From Minisyncoccota bacterium (GTDB lineage Bacteria > Patescibacteriota > Minisyncoccia > Phycocordibacterales > UBA9973): a stretch of 64,000 bases of DNA. Below the pieces are notes generated by a model, which saw only the letters and a program-made list of their open reading frames with translations, did not search any database and had not been told where the DNA came from. Below, one piece after another: positions 54,969 to 63,105 of the stretch (position 1 is the stretch's first letter; each line of letters begins with the position of its first letter). The DNA lies in contig DAOQAL010000001.1 in the NCBI GenBank assembly GCA_035353995.1, positions 308,104 through 372,103 of the forward strand, read 5' to 3'. A program made the position numbers and the translations under genes.

Positions 54969-57128
54969 TTAAGAAGGCCATTTTTCTACCATTAATAATT
55001 TTTTATTTTCTGTTGGTAGTGAGCTCCAAATTTCTTCTGTTACAAAAGGAATAAATGGATGTAATGCTTTTAATAGTGTAGTAAGTTGTATGTATAATAA
55101 TGCTTTAGCAGAATTAGAATTATTATTTTCAGTTATTTTTTTCTTAGCATGTTCTATTATTATATCAGCGAAAGTATGCCAGAAGTATTGATATAATTTT
55201 TCAGCAACAATGGAAAAACGAAATTCATCCATTTCTTTTTTTGTTTCTTGTAATAAGTCTTCTAGAACCTTTTGATATTTTTTATCTTCTTCGTCTAATT
55301 CTGGTAGATTTTTAAAATCTAAGTCTTCTGTTTTTTCTAATACAAATCGTGAAGCATTCCATATTTTATTACAGAATTTTCCATAACCTTTTACATCGTT
55401 TTCATTTAATTTCAAATCATTACCTGGAGTATTACCAACAACCATAGCCATACGTAGTGCATCAGCACTGTGTTTCTTAATTAAATCTAAAGGATCTGTA
55501 GCTTTACTGCCAAGAGATTTTGACATTTTTTTGCCATCAGCTGTCCTTACCATCCCATGGAAGTAAACATTTTTAAAAGGAACTTCTCCAATTAGATATT
55601 GAGACATTAAAATCATTCTTGCTATCCAGAAAAAAATTAAATCATGCCCAGTTTCAAGAATTGTAGTTGGATGGTAGTTTTTAAAATCAATGGAGTTTAA
55701 ATCTGGCCAACCAAGGGTAGAGAAGGTCCAAAGCCCAGAAGAAAACCAAGTATCAAGTGTATCTTCATCTTGTACCCAGCCATCTTCTTTTGGTGCTTCT
55801 ATGTCGCAATAAATCTTATTGTCTTTATACCAAACAGGAATTCTATGCCCATACCAAATTTGTCTTGAAATACACCAATCTCTCAAATTTTCTATCCAAT
55901 TAAAATAAACTTTTTCAAAATGGTTTGGTAATATATTTATTTTATTTTCACGTACTGGCTCGAGCATTAATTCTTTTAGACTTTTATTATCTCTGTCTTT
56001 TATTTTTTTATTAACATCTATGAACCACTGTAATTTTGGTAATGGTTCAATAATTCCTCCAGTTCTTTCTGCTGTTGAGATATTTTGTGTGATTTCTTCT
56101 TCTTTTTTTAATAAATCATTTTCTTTTAACCAGTTTACTATTGTTTCTCGAGCGTCTGTGGTTTTTTTATTTATAATTCTTTCATCTCCAACAGACATTT
56201 TTGCAAATTCATTAATAACTTGTCTTGATGGCAAATTATGTCTTTGTGCAATTTCTGCATCAATTTGGCTATGAGCTGGAGTGACGCCTAGCGCACCAGT
56301 TCCAAAGTCTTTCTCTACAGACTTGTCTGCAATTATTTTTATTTCCAATTTTACTCCACAAAAATCTTCTATTATGTAAGTTTTTCCAATGTATTTCTGA
56401 TATCGTACATCGTCTGGGTGCACAGCAACCGCAGTATCACCAACTTTTGTTTCAGGTCTGGTTGTTGAAATATAAATAGGGAAGTCTTTAGTGTATTTAA
56501 AAGTATAAAATTTTGCTTTGCGTTCTTCGTAAACTAGTTCGTCATCTGAAATAACAGTTTGTCCTTTTGGATCCCAGTTTACAATTCTATTTCCTCTATA
56601 AATCAAACCATCATCATACATTTTTTTAAATGCAGTTCTAACAGCTAGACTTCTTTTTTCATCTAATGTGAAAGCTTCACGAGACCAGTCCAAAGAAGAT
56701 CCCATTTTTTTGCATTGATTAATTATTGTGTCATGAGAATCTTGTGCAAATTTTTCTACTCTTTTTAAAAATTCTTCTCGGCCTAAATCTCTTTTTTTAA
56801 TCCCTTCTTTATCTAAAAGTTTTTCAACTTTAGTTTGAGTTGCAATTGCTGCATGATCTGTTCCTGGAAGCCATAGTGTTTTTTTACCAGACATTCTTGC
56901 ATAACGTACCATAATATCTTGTATTGCTAACATTAAAGCATGTCCTGTATGCAAACTACCAGTTACATTCGGTGGAGGTAAAACAGAAGAAAAATATTCT
57001 GCATTTGATTCTGTAACTTTTTTTTCTATACAAACATCTGGATTAAAAAAACCGCTTTCTTCCCAAAGCTTGTATATCTTATCTTCAGTTTCTTGTGGGT
57101 TGTATGGTTTAAGAAATTTATCATTCAT
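54969..57128 (-). CDS. valS: Valine--tRNA ligase (lacks the C-terminal coiled-coil arm)
   Basis: PPPNVTGSLHTGH, DWCISRQIWYGH, DTWFSS, KMSKS; ends at ...VEKWPS. Confidence 0.96.
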   Translation of the reverse strand: MNDKFLKPYNPQETEDKIYKLWEESGFFNPDVCIEKKVTESNAEYFSSVLPPPNVTGSLHTGHALMLAIQDIMVRYARMSGKKTLWLPGTDHAAIATQTKVEKLLDKEGIKKRDLGREEFLKRVEKFAQDSHDTIINQCKKMGSSLDWSREAFTLDEKRSLAVRTAFKKMYDDGLIYRGNRIVNWDPKGQTVISDDELVYEERKAKFYTFKYTKDFPIYISTTRPETKVGDTAVAVHPDDVRYQKYIGKTYIIEDFCGVKLEIKIIADKSVEKDFGTGALGVTPAHSQIDAEIAQRHNLPSRQVINEFAKMSVGDERIINKKTTDARETIVNWLKENDLLKKEEEITQNISTAERTGGIIEPLPKLQWFIDVNKKIKDRDNKSLKELMLEPVRENKINILPNHFEKVYFNWIENLRDWCISRQIWYGHRIPVWYKDNKIYCDIEAPKEDGWVQDEDTLDTWFSSGLWTFSTLGWPDLNSIDFKNYHPTTILETGHDLIFFWIARMILMSQYLIGEVPFKNVYFHGMVRTADGKKMSKSLGSKATDPLDLIKKHSADALRMAMVVGNTPGNDLKLNENDVKGYGKFCNKIWNASRFVLEKTEDLDFKNLPELDEEDKKYQKVLEDLLQETKKEMDEFRFSIVAEKLYQYFWHTFADIIIEHAKKKITENNNSNSAKALLYIQLTTLLKALHPFIPFVTEEIWSSLPTENKKLLMVEKWPS

Positions 57129-57150
57129 ACATTGGATATAATAGCATTTT

Positions 57151-58239
57151 TTATAGCCTTAATCCACCATCTGCCCTTATTTTTGAAAGCTTAATAGTTT
57201 TTTTGTTGTTTTCTAAAAATTTAAAATATCCAGCAATTCCAATCATAATAGAATTATCGGTAGAAAGATTTTTGGAAGGGAAGAAAAGGTCTTGCTTGTT
57301 TTTTGTAAGTTTTTGCATTTCTTTTCTTAGGTATTTATTTGAAGAAACTCCTCCTGCTACTATAATTGTTTTTATATTATATTTTTCTATAGCTTTTTTT
57401 GTTTTATGAATTAAGGTTTCTATTACTGCATTTTCAAATTCTAAACAAATAGCTTGTTTTATTTTTTCGTCTTGTAAAATTTTTGGATTTTCTATCATTA
57501 AATCTCTTACTAAATAAAGAACTGCTGTTTTTAATCCAGAAAAAGAAAAATCAAAATTTTTACTATAAATCATTGGGCGGGGAAGTATAAATTTTGGAAT
57601 TTGATTAGTCGGTAAACTTTTACTCTTTCTAAGTTTTTCAGCTAATTTAGAAATTTCTGGACCACCAGGATATGGAAGTCCTATCATTCTAGCTACCTTG
57701 TCAAAAGCTTCACCGGCCGCATCATCTAAAGTTTCACCTATAATTTGGTATTTCATCCAATCTTTCATTAAAACTAATTCAGTATGTCCGCCAGAAACTA
57801 GCAAAGAAAGTACTGGAAATTTTATTTTTGGTATAGAAAAAGTTTTTTTATCTTCGGCAAAAACTGACAAAATATGCCCTTCCATATGGTTTACTGGTAA
57901 TATTGGAATCTTATATTTAGCAGAAATTTCTTTTGCAAAAACAATTCCTGTCCAAAGTGCTGGCTCTAATCCTGGCCCAGAAGTTACTGCTATCAAATCT
58001 ATATTTTCTATTTTTGTTTTTGATTTTTTTAAAGTTCTTTCAAAAAGTATCGGTAAATTTTTCTGATGCTCTCTTTTTGCTAGAGCAGGGAATACACCAC
58101 CATATTCTTTATGTATATCTATCTGAGAATTAAGACTATTAGCTAAAACTTTAAAAACCACGTTTTTACCAGTTTTTTTAGTTTCTAAAATACTTATTCC
58201 AGTTTCGTCACAACTTGTTTCTATGCTTAAGATTTTCAT
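57151..58239 (-). CDS. tsaD: tRNA threonylcarbamoyltransferase TsaD
   Basis: IETSCDET, GPGL, NHMEGH, VSGGHT, DDAAGEAFDK, FSFSGLKTA, TDN. Confidence 0.96.
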   Translation of the reverse strand: MKILSIETSCDETGISILETKKTGKNVVFKVLANSLNSQIDIHKEYGGVFPALAKREHQKNLPILFERTLKKSKTKIENIDLIAVTSGPGLEPALWTGIVFAKEISAKYKIPILPVNHMEGHILSVFAEDKKTFSIPKIKFPVLSLLVSGGHTELVLMKDWMKYQIIGETLDDAAGEAFDKVARMIGLPYPGGPEISKLAEKLRKSKSLPTNQIPKFILPRPMIYSKNFDFSFSGLKTAVLYLVRDLMIENPKILQDEKIKQAICLEFENAVIETLIHKTKKAIEKYNIKTIIVAGGVSSNKYLRKEMQKLTKNKQDLFFPSKNLSTDNSIMIGIAGYFKFLENNKKTIKLSKIRADGGLRL

Positions 58240-58240
58240 G

Positions 58241-58313
58241 TGCGCGATAAGGGATTCGAACCCCTGACCTACCCCACGTCAAGGGGTCGCTCTACCAACT
58301 GAGCTAACCGCGC
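58241..58313 (-). tRNA. tRNA-Val(GAC)
   Basis: GCGCGGT/ATCGCGC acceptor, ACCCC-TTGACGT-GGGGT, T-loop TTCGAAT. Confidence 0.93.
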
Positions 58314-58321
58314 ATTTGGTT

Positions 58322-59071
58322 TTATTTAACAAATTTCTCTAATACTTCCAAGTCTTCTTTTGAATTTGCTCCCAAGGATTCATGTGGATCCATTTCTATT
58401 GTTTCTATTTTTTCATTTTCTTCTGAAGCAATCTGGAATAGATCTGTTAAATAATACTCTTTTTTTGCATTGTTATTTTTCACTTTCTTTAAATTTTTCC
58501 ATAGCCAATCAGCGTTGAAAACATAACAACAAGCAGTATTTATCTCCTTTATTTCTTTTTCTTCTTCACTTGCGTCTTTGTATTCACGAATAGCAATAAT
58601 CTTTCCATTTTTTCTTAATACTCTTCCAAGAGGGAGGTATGCTTTACACCAGTCAGAAAAATTTGGCACTAATGTAGTAGTGAGAACCATAGTTGCTTTT
58701 GTTTTTCTAAATTTTTCTATTGAATCTGTAATTGTTTTTGATTTTACAAATGGTTGATCTCCCGATAGTACTATTATTTCTTTTGCATCACCACAAGCTT
58801 TTTCTGCACACATAAGAGCATGAGCTGTTCCTAGTTGTTCTTTTTGAAATGCATAATCACAAGTATCTCCAAATTCTTTTTGAATCAATTCTGCTTTGTG
58901 TCCGACAATTAATATAGGCTTTTCATTTATTATCTCTTTTATCGTATCTATTACATGTTTTACCATAGGCTTGCCACCCAATGGTACTAAAACTTTTGGT
59001 AAATCATGATTCATTCTGGTTCCTTTTCCGCCAGCTAAAATTACAATTTTTATTTTTCCATTTTCATTCAT
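58322..59071 (-). CDS. GlmU-like uridyltransferase domain only
   Basis: ILAGGKGTRM..LPKVL, QxEQLGTAHA, GDQP, EYYLTD; no hexapeptide acetyltransferase domain; ATG 59071 preferred over 59110. Confidence 0.85.
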   Translation of the reverse strand: MNENGKIKIVILAGGKGTRMNHDLPKVLVPLGGKPMVKHVIDTIKEIINEKPILIVGHKAELIQKEFGDTCDYAFQKEQLGTAHALMCAEKACGDAKEIIVLSGDQPFVKSKTITDSIEKFRKTKATMVLTTTLVPNFSDWCKAYLPLGRVLRKNGKIIAIREYKDASEEEKEIKEINTACCYVFNADWLWKNLKKVKNNNAKKEYYLTDLFQIASEENEKIETIEMDPHESLGANSKEDLEVLEKFVK

Positions 59072-59148
59072 AATTTTTTTATTATACACCAAAAAACAGA
59101 TTATTTTCATCTTGACTAATTTGGCTTTTTATTATTGAGTTAGGCTAT

Positions 59149-59781
59149 TTATTCTAATTTTCTTTCTTCTTTTTTAACCATATGTCCATCTTTGTCTAAA
59201 TCATAAATCAGAATACTGCCAAAATTCATTTCAACAGAGTCGATTTTTTCATCTGGTATATTTTCAATATATTTTATTATTGAGCGAATAGAATTTCCAT
59301 GAGCTACAACTAAAACATTTTTACTTTCTAAGATAATAGGTAATATTTTTTTTAAAAAAAATGGAACAGTTCTTTCATATACCATTTTTAAACTCTCTCC
59401 ATTGCAAATAGGGAAGTCCCACCCTCTGCGAAGTTTTATAAATTCTTTTTCACCAATCAATTTTTCTATTTCCCATTTATTCTTACCAGTATAATCTCCA
59501 TAATCACGTTCATTTAGTTCACTTGCTTCTTCTGTTTGAATATTTTTTGTATCTTCACGATATGCAGTCATTAGAGACAATGTTTCTTTTGCGCGAATTA
59601 ATTTGGAAGTAAAAAGATAATCAAAATGAATATCTTTTACAAGTTCGCCCATTTTTATAGATTCTTCTTTTCCATGTTCGCTGAGAGGTATGTCAGTTAA
59701 ACCAGTCCATTTGCCAAGTTTATTCCACTCGGATTCTCCATGTCTTGCTAAAATTAATTTTCCAATTTTTCCTGTTTCCAT
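59149..59781 (-). CDS. gpmA: 2,3-BPG-dependent phosphoglycerate mutase
   Basis: RHGESEWN, LNERDYG, GESL, VAHGNSIR; ATG 59781 preferred (7 nt after TGATATAAT). Confidence 0.92.
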   Translation of the reverse strand: METGKIGKLILARHGESEWNKLGKWTGLTDIPLSEHGKEESIKMGELVKDIHFDYLFTSKLIRAKETLSLMTAYREDTKNIQTEEASELNERDYGDYTGKNKWEIEKLIGEKEFIKLRRGWDFPICNGESLKMVYERTVPFFLKKILPIILESKNVLVVAHGNSIRSIIKYIENIPDEKIDSVEMNFGSILIYDLDKDGHMVKKEERKLE

Positions 59782-59810
59782 GTTGATAATTATATCATCA
59801 GAATATAAAA

Positions 59811-59870
59811 CTACATAGGTCACTACATAAGGTCTTGCCTATGTAGAATTACACAGGGTAGTCCTGTGTA
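59811..59870. repeat. Cluster of short AGG-N5-CCT palindromes
   Basis: CTACATAAGG-TCTTG-CCTATGTAG (59823-59846), TACACAGG-GTAGT-CCTGTGTA (59850-59870), partial CTACATAGGT at 59811. Confidence 0.7.
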
Positions 59871-59944
59871 GTCACAAAATTAGAGATTTGATTGAGTTTT
59901 CTGGAACAATTATTTGGAAGAATAAATATTTTAAAATGTTAGAA

Positions 59945-59974
59945 TAAAAAAGCGGGACATCAAAGTCCCGCTTT
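59945..59974 (-). terminator. Intrinsic terminator after the NADAR gene
   Basis: AAAGCGGGAC-ATCAAA-GTCCCGCTTT with A-tract on the + side. Confidence 0.75.
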
Positions 59975-60419
59975 ATTTTTTTAACTCTTCTCTCATATCC
60001 ATCCACATTTTCCCAATATGGTTTAATCCTTTTCCATCTTCACCATTATCCCAGAATCCGTCACCAGGAGGATAAGTAACAATGTGTTTAACAATTTTTA
60101 AATCTCCTGAATCAATTAAGGCATTACGAACCTCCTCGTGTTGTTCCATCTTTAATCTCATTAACTTTTTCATGATTTCCAACTTATATTCATCATCTTT
60201 AAATTCAGGTATTTGAAGGTGTTTATATTTACATGATACTTGCCATGCTTTTACTGGACTGCGAGCAGAGATTATTTCATCTATGATTTTTTGATCTGTA
60301 TATCTTTGACATTGATATGCATGTTCTACTGTTGGATAAACAACTCCATCCAGCTTAATTGCATGAGATGTATATGGTGAGAAATATATGTAAAAAATTT
60401 CTAATGGTAATATTTTCAT
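59973..60419 (-). CDS. NADAR (YbiA-like) family protein
   Basis: YPTVEHAYQ, MxLK..QH..V..AL..SG, DGFW..G..GKGLNHIGKMWM..RE. Confidence 0.85.
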   Translation of the reverse strand: MKILPLEIFYIYFSPYTSHAIKLDGVVYPTVEHAYQCQRYTDQKIIDEIISARSPVKAWQVSCKYKHLQIPEFKDDEYKLEIMKKLMRLKMEQHEEVRNALIDSGDLKIVKHIVTYPPGDGFWDNGEDGKGLNHIGKMWMDMREELKK

Positions 60420-60428
60420 ATTTTATGA

Positions 60429-60875
60429 CTATACTAAATTTAACTGTTTATCTAAAGGAGGGAATGAAAAATATACTCTTACGTTGTTGTCTTTTTCGTA
60501 TAGTTCAATCATCTCAAAATTTTCTTTTTGTATAAGTGAAAACTCTTGTTCTTTTAAACACTTTTCTTTAAAAGAAGGATAATCAGAAACAGTAAAATCA
60601 GCATCTCCACGTTCTTGTCGGGTTAAATCTGGTTTCCTGATTTTTAATAATTGTAATTTACCAGCAACAGTATCTAAAGATATTTTAAATAATGGACCGC
60701 TTGGAGTTTCTTGTATTATTGTACCTAACTTATGTGCTTCCTTTAAAAAATTGGTTTGTTCTTCTTCGGATTGGCAAAAAATACAAGCATAATTAACTGG
60801 AATACTTTTTTGGTCAGTATATTTATCTTTTAATTCTTCAGCGTCTTTAACTATTTTCTTTATTAATTCTTCCAT
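60429..60875 (-). CDS. Hypothetical protein (possibly VOC/YecM-like fold)
   Basis: Intact ORF in a minus-strand run; fold guess is weak; start 60875 or 60893. Confidence 0.6.
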   Translation of the reverse strand: MEELIKKIVKDAEELKDKYTDQKSIPVNYACIFCQSEEEQTNFLKEAHKLGTIIQETPSGPLFKISLDTVAGKLQLLKIRKPDLTRQERGDADFTVSDYPSFKEKCLKEQEFSLIQKENFEMIELYEKDNNVRVYFSFPPLDKQLNLV

Positions 60876-60912
60876 ACTATTTTGATTTAGCAATTATTAA
60901 AAGCTTGTGTAT

Positions 60913-60931
60913 ACAGAGGCAAGACCTCTGT
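60913..60931. repeat. Palindrome ACAGAGG-CAAGA-CCTCTGT
   Basis: Core AGGCAAGACCT is the exact reverse complement of AGGTCTTGCCT at 59830-59840. Confidence 0.65.
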
Positions 60932-60948
60932 TAAGCAATAAAGAGGAT

Positions 60949-61365
60949 TTATGCTAACTTCTGAATGATTTCTTTAATATATGGTCCAAATTTATTATTA
61001 TCAAGTTTTAGCCATTCTGCTGGAGTTAGCCATTGATACTCTCTTTCCGAGTCTTGTTTAAATTCACTAATATCATCAATAAATACTTTATAATCAGCAA
61101 AAATCATATTAGTAGTTTCTGAATTTGAAATAGGGATATTTAATCCATTAGTTAATCCTATGAATTCAAAATTTTTAATTTCTAAATTGGTTTTTTCTTT
61201 AACTGAATTAATTAATGTCTCCTCTATTGTTTTTCCCCATTCAACTTTTGCATTTATACAAGTATATTTTTCCCCTTGACTAGGAGTAGTTCTTAAAAAT
61301 AACTTACCATCTGAATTAATAATAAAGGAACCAACTACAAATTTTGGATACTTTTTATCTTCCAT
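60949..61365 (-). CDS. Nudix-fold protein with degenerate Nudix box
   Basis: VVGSFIINSDGKLFL...AKVEWGKTIEETLINSVKEKTNLEI...YQWLTP. Confidence 0.7.
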   Translation of the reverse strand: MEDKKYPKFVVGSFIINSDGKLFLRTTPSQGEKYTCINAKVEWGKTIEETLINSVKEKTNLEIKNFEFIGLTNGLNIPISNSETTNMIFADYKVFIDDISEFKQDSEREYQWLTPAEWLKLDNNKFGPYIKEIIQKLA

Positions 61366-61459
61366 TTTGATATTATATCAGATTCCAAAATACAAAAATA
61401 TCCCATTGGATTGTAAAATGATATTTTATAATTGAACACTTTGTGTACAAGAATGATGT

Positions 61460-61613
61460 GGTCACAAGTTACTAAATATTTTGCTCCAAACATTCGCAAA
61501 ATATGTAAGTACTCGCGACCCCAGCTCGGCAATTTTTTTACTAAAAAATTAGGCCTACGCTTTCACAAAACACTCGCAAATGAAGCAGTTCATTTGCTTT
61601 GTGTGTTTTGTGA
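61460..61613 (-). other. Three tandem hairpins (structured RNA / repeat element)
   Basis: Stems 61460-61520, 61528-61555, 61563-61613; A-C mismatches in the first stem become G-U pairs on the minus strand. Confidence 0.6.
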
Positions 61614-61728
61614 CCTTTGAAGGACTAGACTTAAAACTCTATATAGATTTCTTCACTGAGTTAGATAGAATCATATCACATTTTGAAATTCCTTTTAATT
61701 TTGAACATTCTCCTGAAAAATCTTCAGC

Positions 61729-61758
61729 TTTAGTAATCCCTTAATGGTATTTAAATCT
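61729..61758. repeat. 30-nt direct repeat, copy 1
   Basis: TTTAGTAATCCCTTAATGGTATTTAAATCT. Confidence 0.85.
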
Positions 61759-61763
61759 AGTGG

Positions 61764-62162
61764 TTATATTGATGAATCAAAAAATGATGAACCACTGTTT
61801 ATAAATTGATTTACCTCTCCTTTTGACCATACATGATTCTTACAATTAGGACAAGTAGCAAATCCATCACTCCTTACATGTAAGCGTATAATACGATCAT
61901 CACTTTCTACACATTTACTACAGAAGGGTCCATCGGTTGTATTGTCTTCTTTCTTTAACCAATAACAATTATTCTTAAAATCAGATTTTTCTTTAAAAGA
62001 ACTAACATCTTTCAATTTTTTGTTTTCTTCTTCTAATTCTGATATTTTCCTTTGATAACCTAAAATTGTTTCTTGGGCATCAAGAATCATTTGATATTGT
62101 TCAATTTTATCAGCTTCTCTTAAAACTTTAGCTGCTGAAGTTAAACCATTTATTATATCCAT
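61764..62162 (-). CDS. Hypothetical protein: coiled coil plus Zn-ribbon
   Basis: ISELEEENKKLK, GPFCSKC, CPNC; own TGATATAAT 7 nt upstream. Confidence 0.75.
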   Translation of the reverse strand: MDIINGLTSAAKVLREADKIEQYQMILDAQETILGYQRKISELEEENKKLKDVSSFKEKSDFKNNCYWLKKEDNTTDGPFCSKCVESDDRIIRLHVRSDGFATCPNCKNHVWSKGEVNQFINSGSSFFDSSI

Positions 62163-62194
62163 AATCTCTATTATATCATATAAAAATCTCTATT

Positions 62195-62224
62195 TTTAGT
62201 AATTCCTTAATGGTATTTAAATCT
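62195..62224. repeat. 30-nt direct repeat, copy 2
   Basis: TTTAGTAATTCCTTAATGGTATTTAAATCT, 29/30 identical to copy 1. Confidence 0.85.
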
Positions 62225-63105
62225 TACTTATTTTTACTATTTGTATATATATTTCTTTGTTTTGCAATTATTGATATTATTCTATCCTCTAATTTTTTAA
62301 CTTGTTCCTTTGTTGTATGGAATGAATTTAAGTTATGAGCTACTTGATTTCTCAGACCCATTAAGTCTCTTATTATTTGTTTTTCTTCTACTGTTATGAG
62401 TTTTCTCTGTTCTGCTACATTTAATATGACAGACGGTGGAACTCTATTTATATTTAGTCCTATGTGAGGAATAAGATTTGATTTTAAAGAAAGTATTACT
62501 GCTTGGAATAAATTTAAAATTGTTAATCTATAGTCTCCAATACTGTAATTCCTTTTTGCACTACCAATGTAAATTTTTTGGTCATTACTTAAATTTTCTA
62601 TTTCACTCTTTTCTTTCTTCCTAAACAATGAAAATGAAAGAACAACAGATATCAAAGCTGTAATTATTGAAAATGAGCCAGATATTATTTCTGTGGTGGA
62701 TTTAATGCTTTCAGAACCAACCTTACTTACTAAAATAAATATAGGTATTATTTCTGTTAAAATCCATGACATTATTACTAATATTGGGAATATAAATGCA
62801 AGCGTATATACAATATGAGCTAAAACTTCAATGTATTTTGACCACCCAAACCATTTATTTGTAAAAATCTCAGAATTATATCTAATATTATTTAACCCAT
62901 ATAAGTATGAAGAAAAAAGTAATAATCCTAAAAAAATAAGTGCTAGAGAAAAAATAGTTAAATCATATCCAAATATATTAAGTTTTATAGAATCTAATTT
63001 ATCTTTAAATGGAAAAATTGCTAATATAACAGCTGCTAACCCAATCATGAACGAAGCCTTGTCTGATATGATTGATTCTTTTTTTTGTGAATTTATATCA
63101 ATCAT
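62224..63105 (-). CDS. Membrane protein (about 4 TM) with C-terminal HEPN-like domain
   Basis: Hydrophobic N-half; GDYRLTILNLFQAV...LITVEE...LMGLRNQVAH (RxxxxH). Confidence 0.65.
   Translation of the reverse strand: MIDINSQKKESIISDKASFMIGLAAVILAIFPFKDKLDSIKLNIFGYDLTIFSLALIFLGLLLFSSYLYGLNNIRYNSEIFTNKWFGWSKYIEVLAHIVYTLAFIFPILVIMSWILTEIIPIFILVSKVGSESIKSTTEIISGSFSIITALISVVLSFSLFRKKEKSEIENLSNDQKIYIGSAKRNYSIGDYRLTILNLFQAVILSLKSNLIPHIGLNINRVPPSVILNVAEQRKLITVEEKQIIRDLMGLRNQVAHNLNSFHTTKEQVKKLEDRIISIIAKQRNIYTNSKNK

Noticed and set aside
61335-61620. ORFs 61432..61620 (+) and 61335..61532 (-)
   Set aside because: They overlie the hairpin element, have atypical composition and show no motifs; probably spurious
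62195-62224. dif/Xer site or integron attC as the identity of the 30-nt repeat
   Set aside because: Only TTAAAT matches the XerD arm; no XerC-like arm, no attC core sites or hairpin
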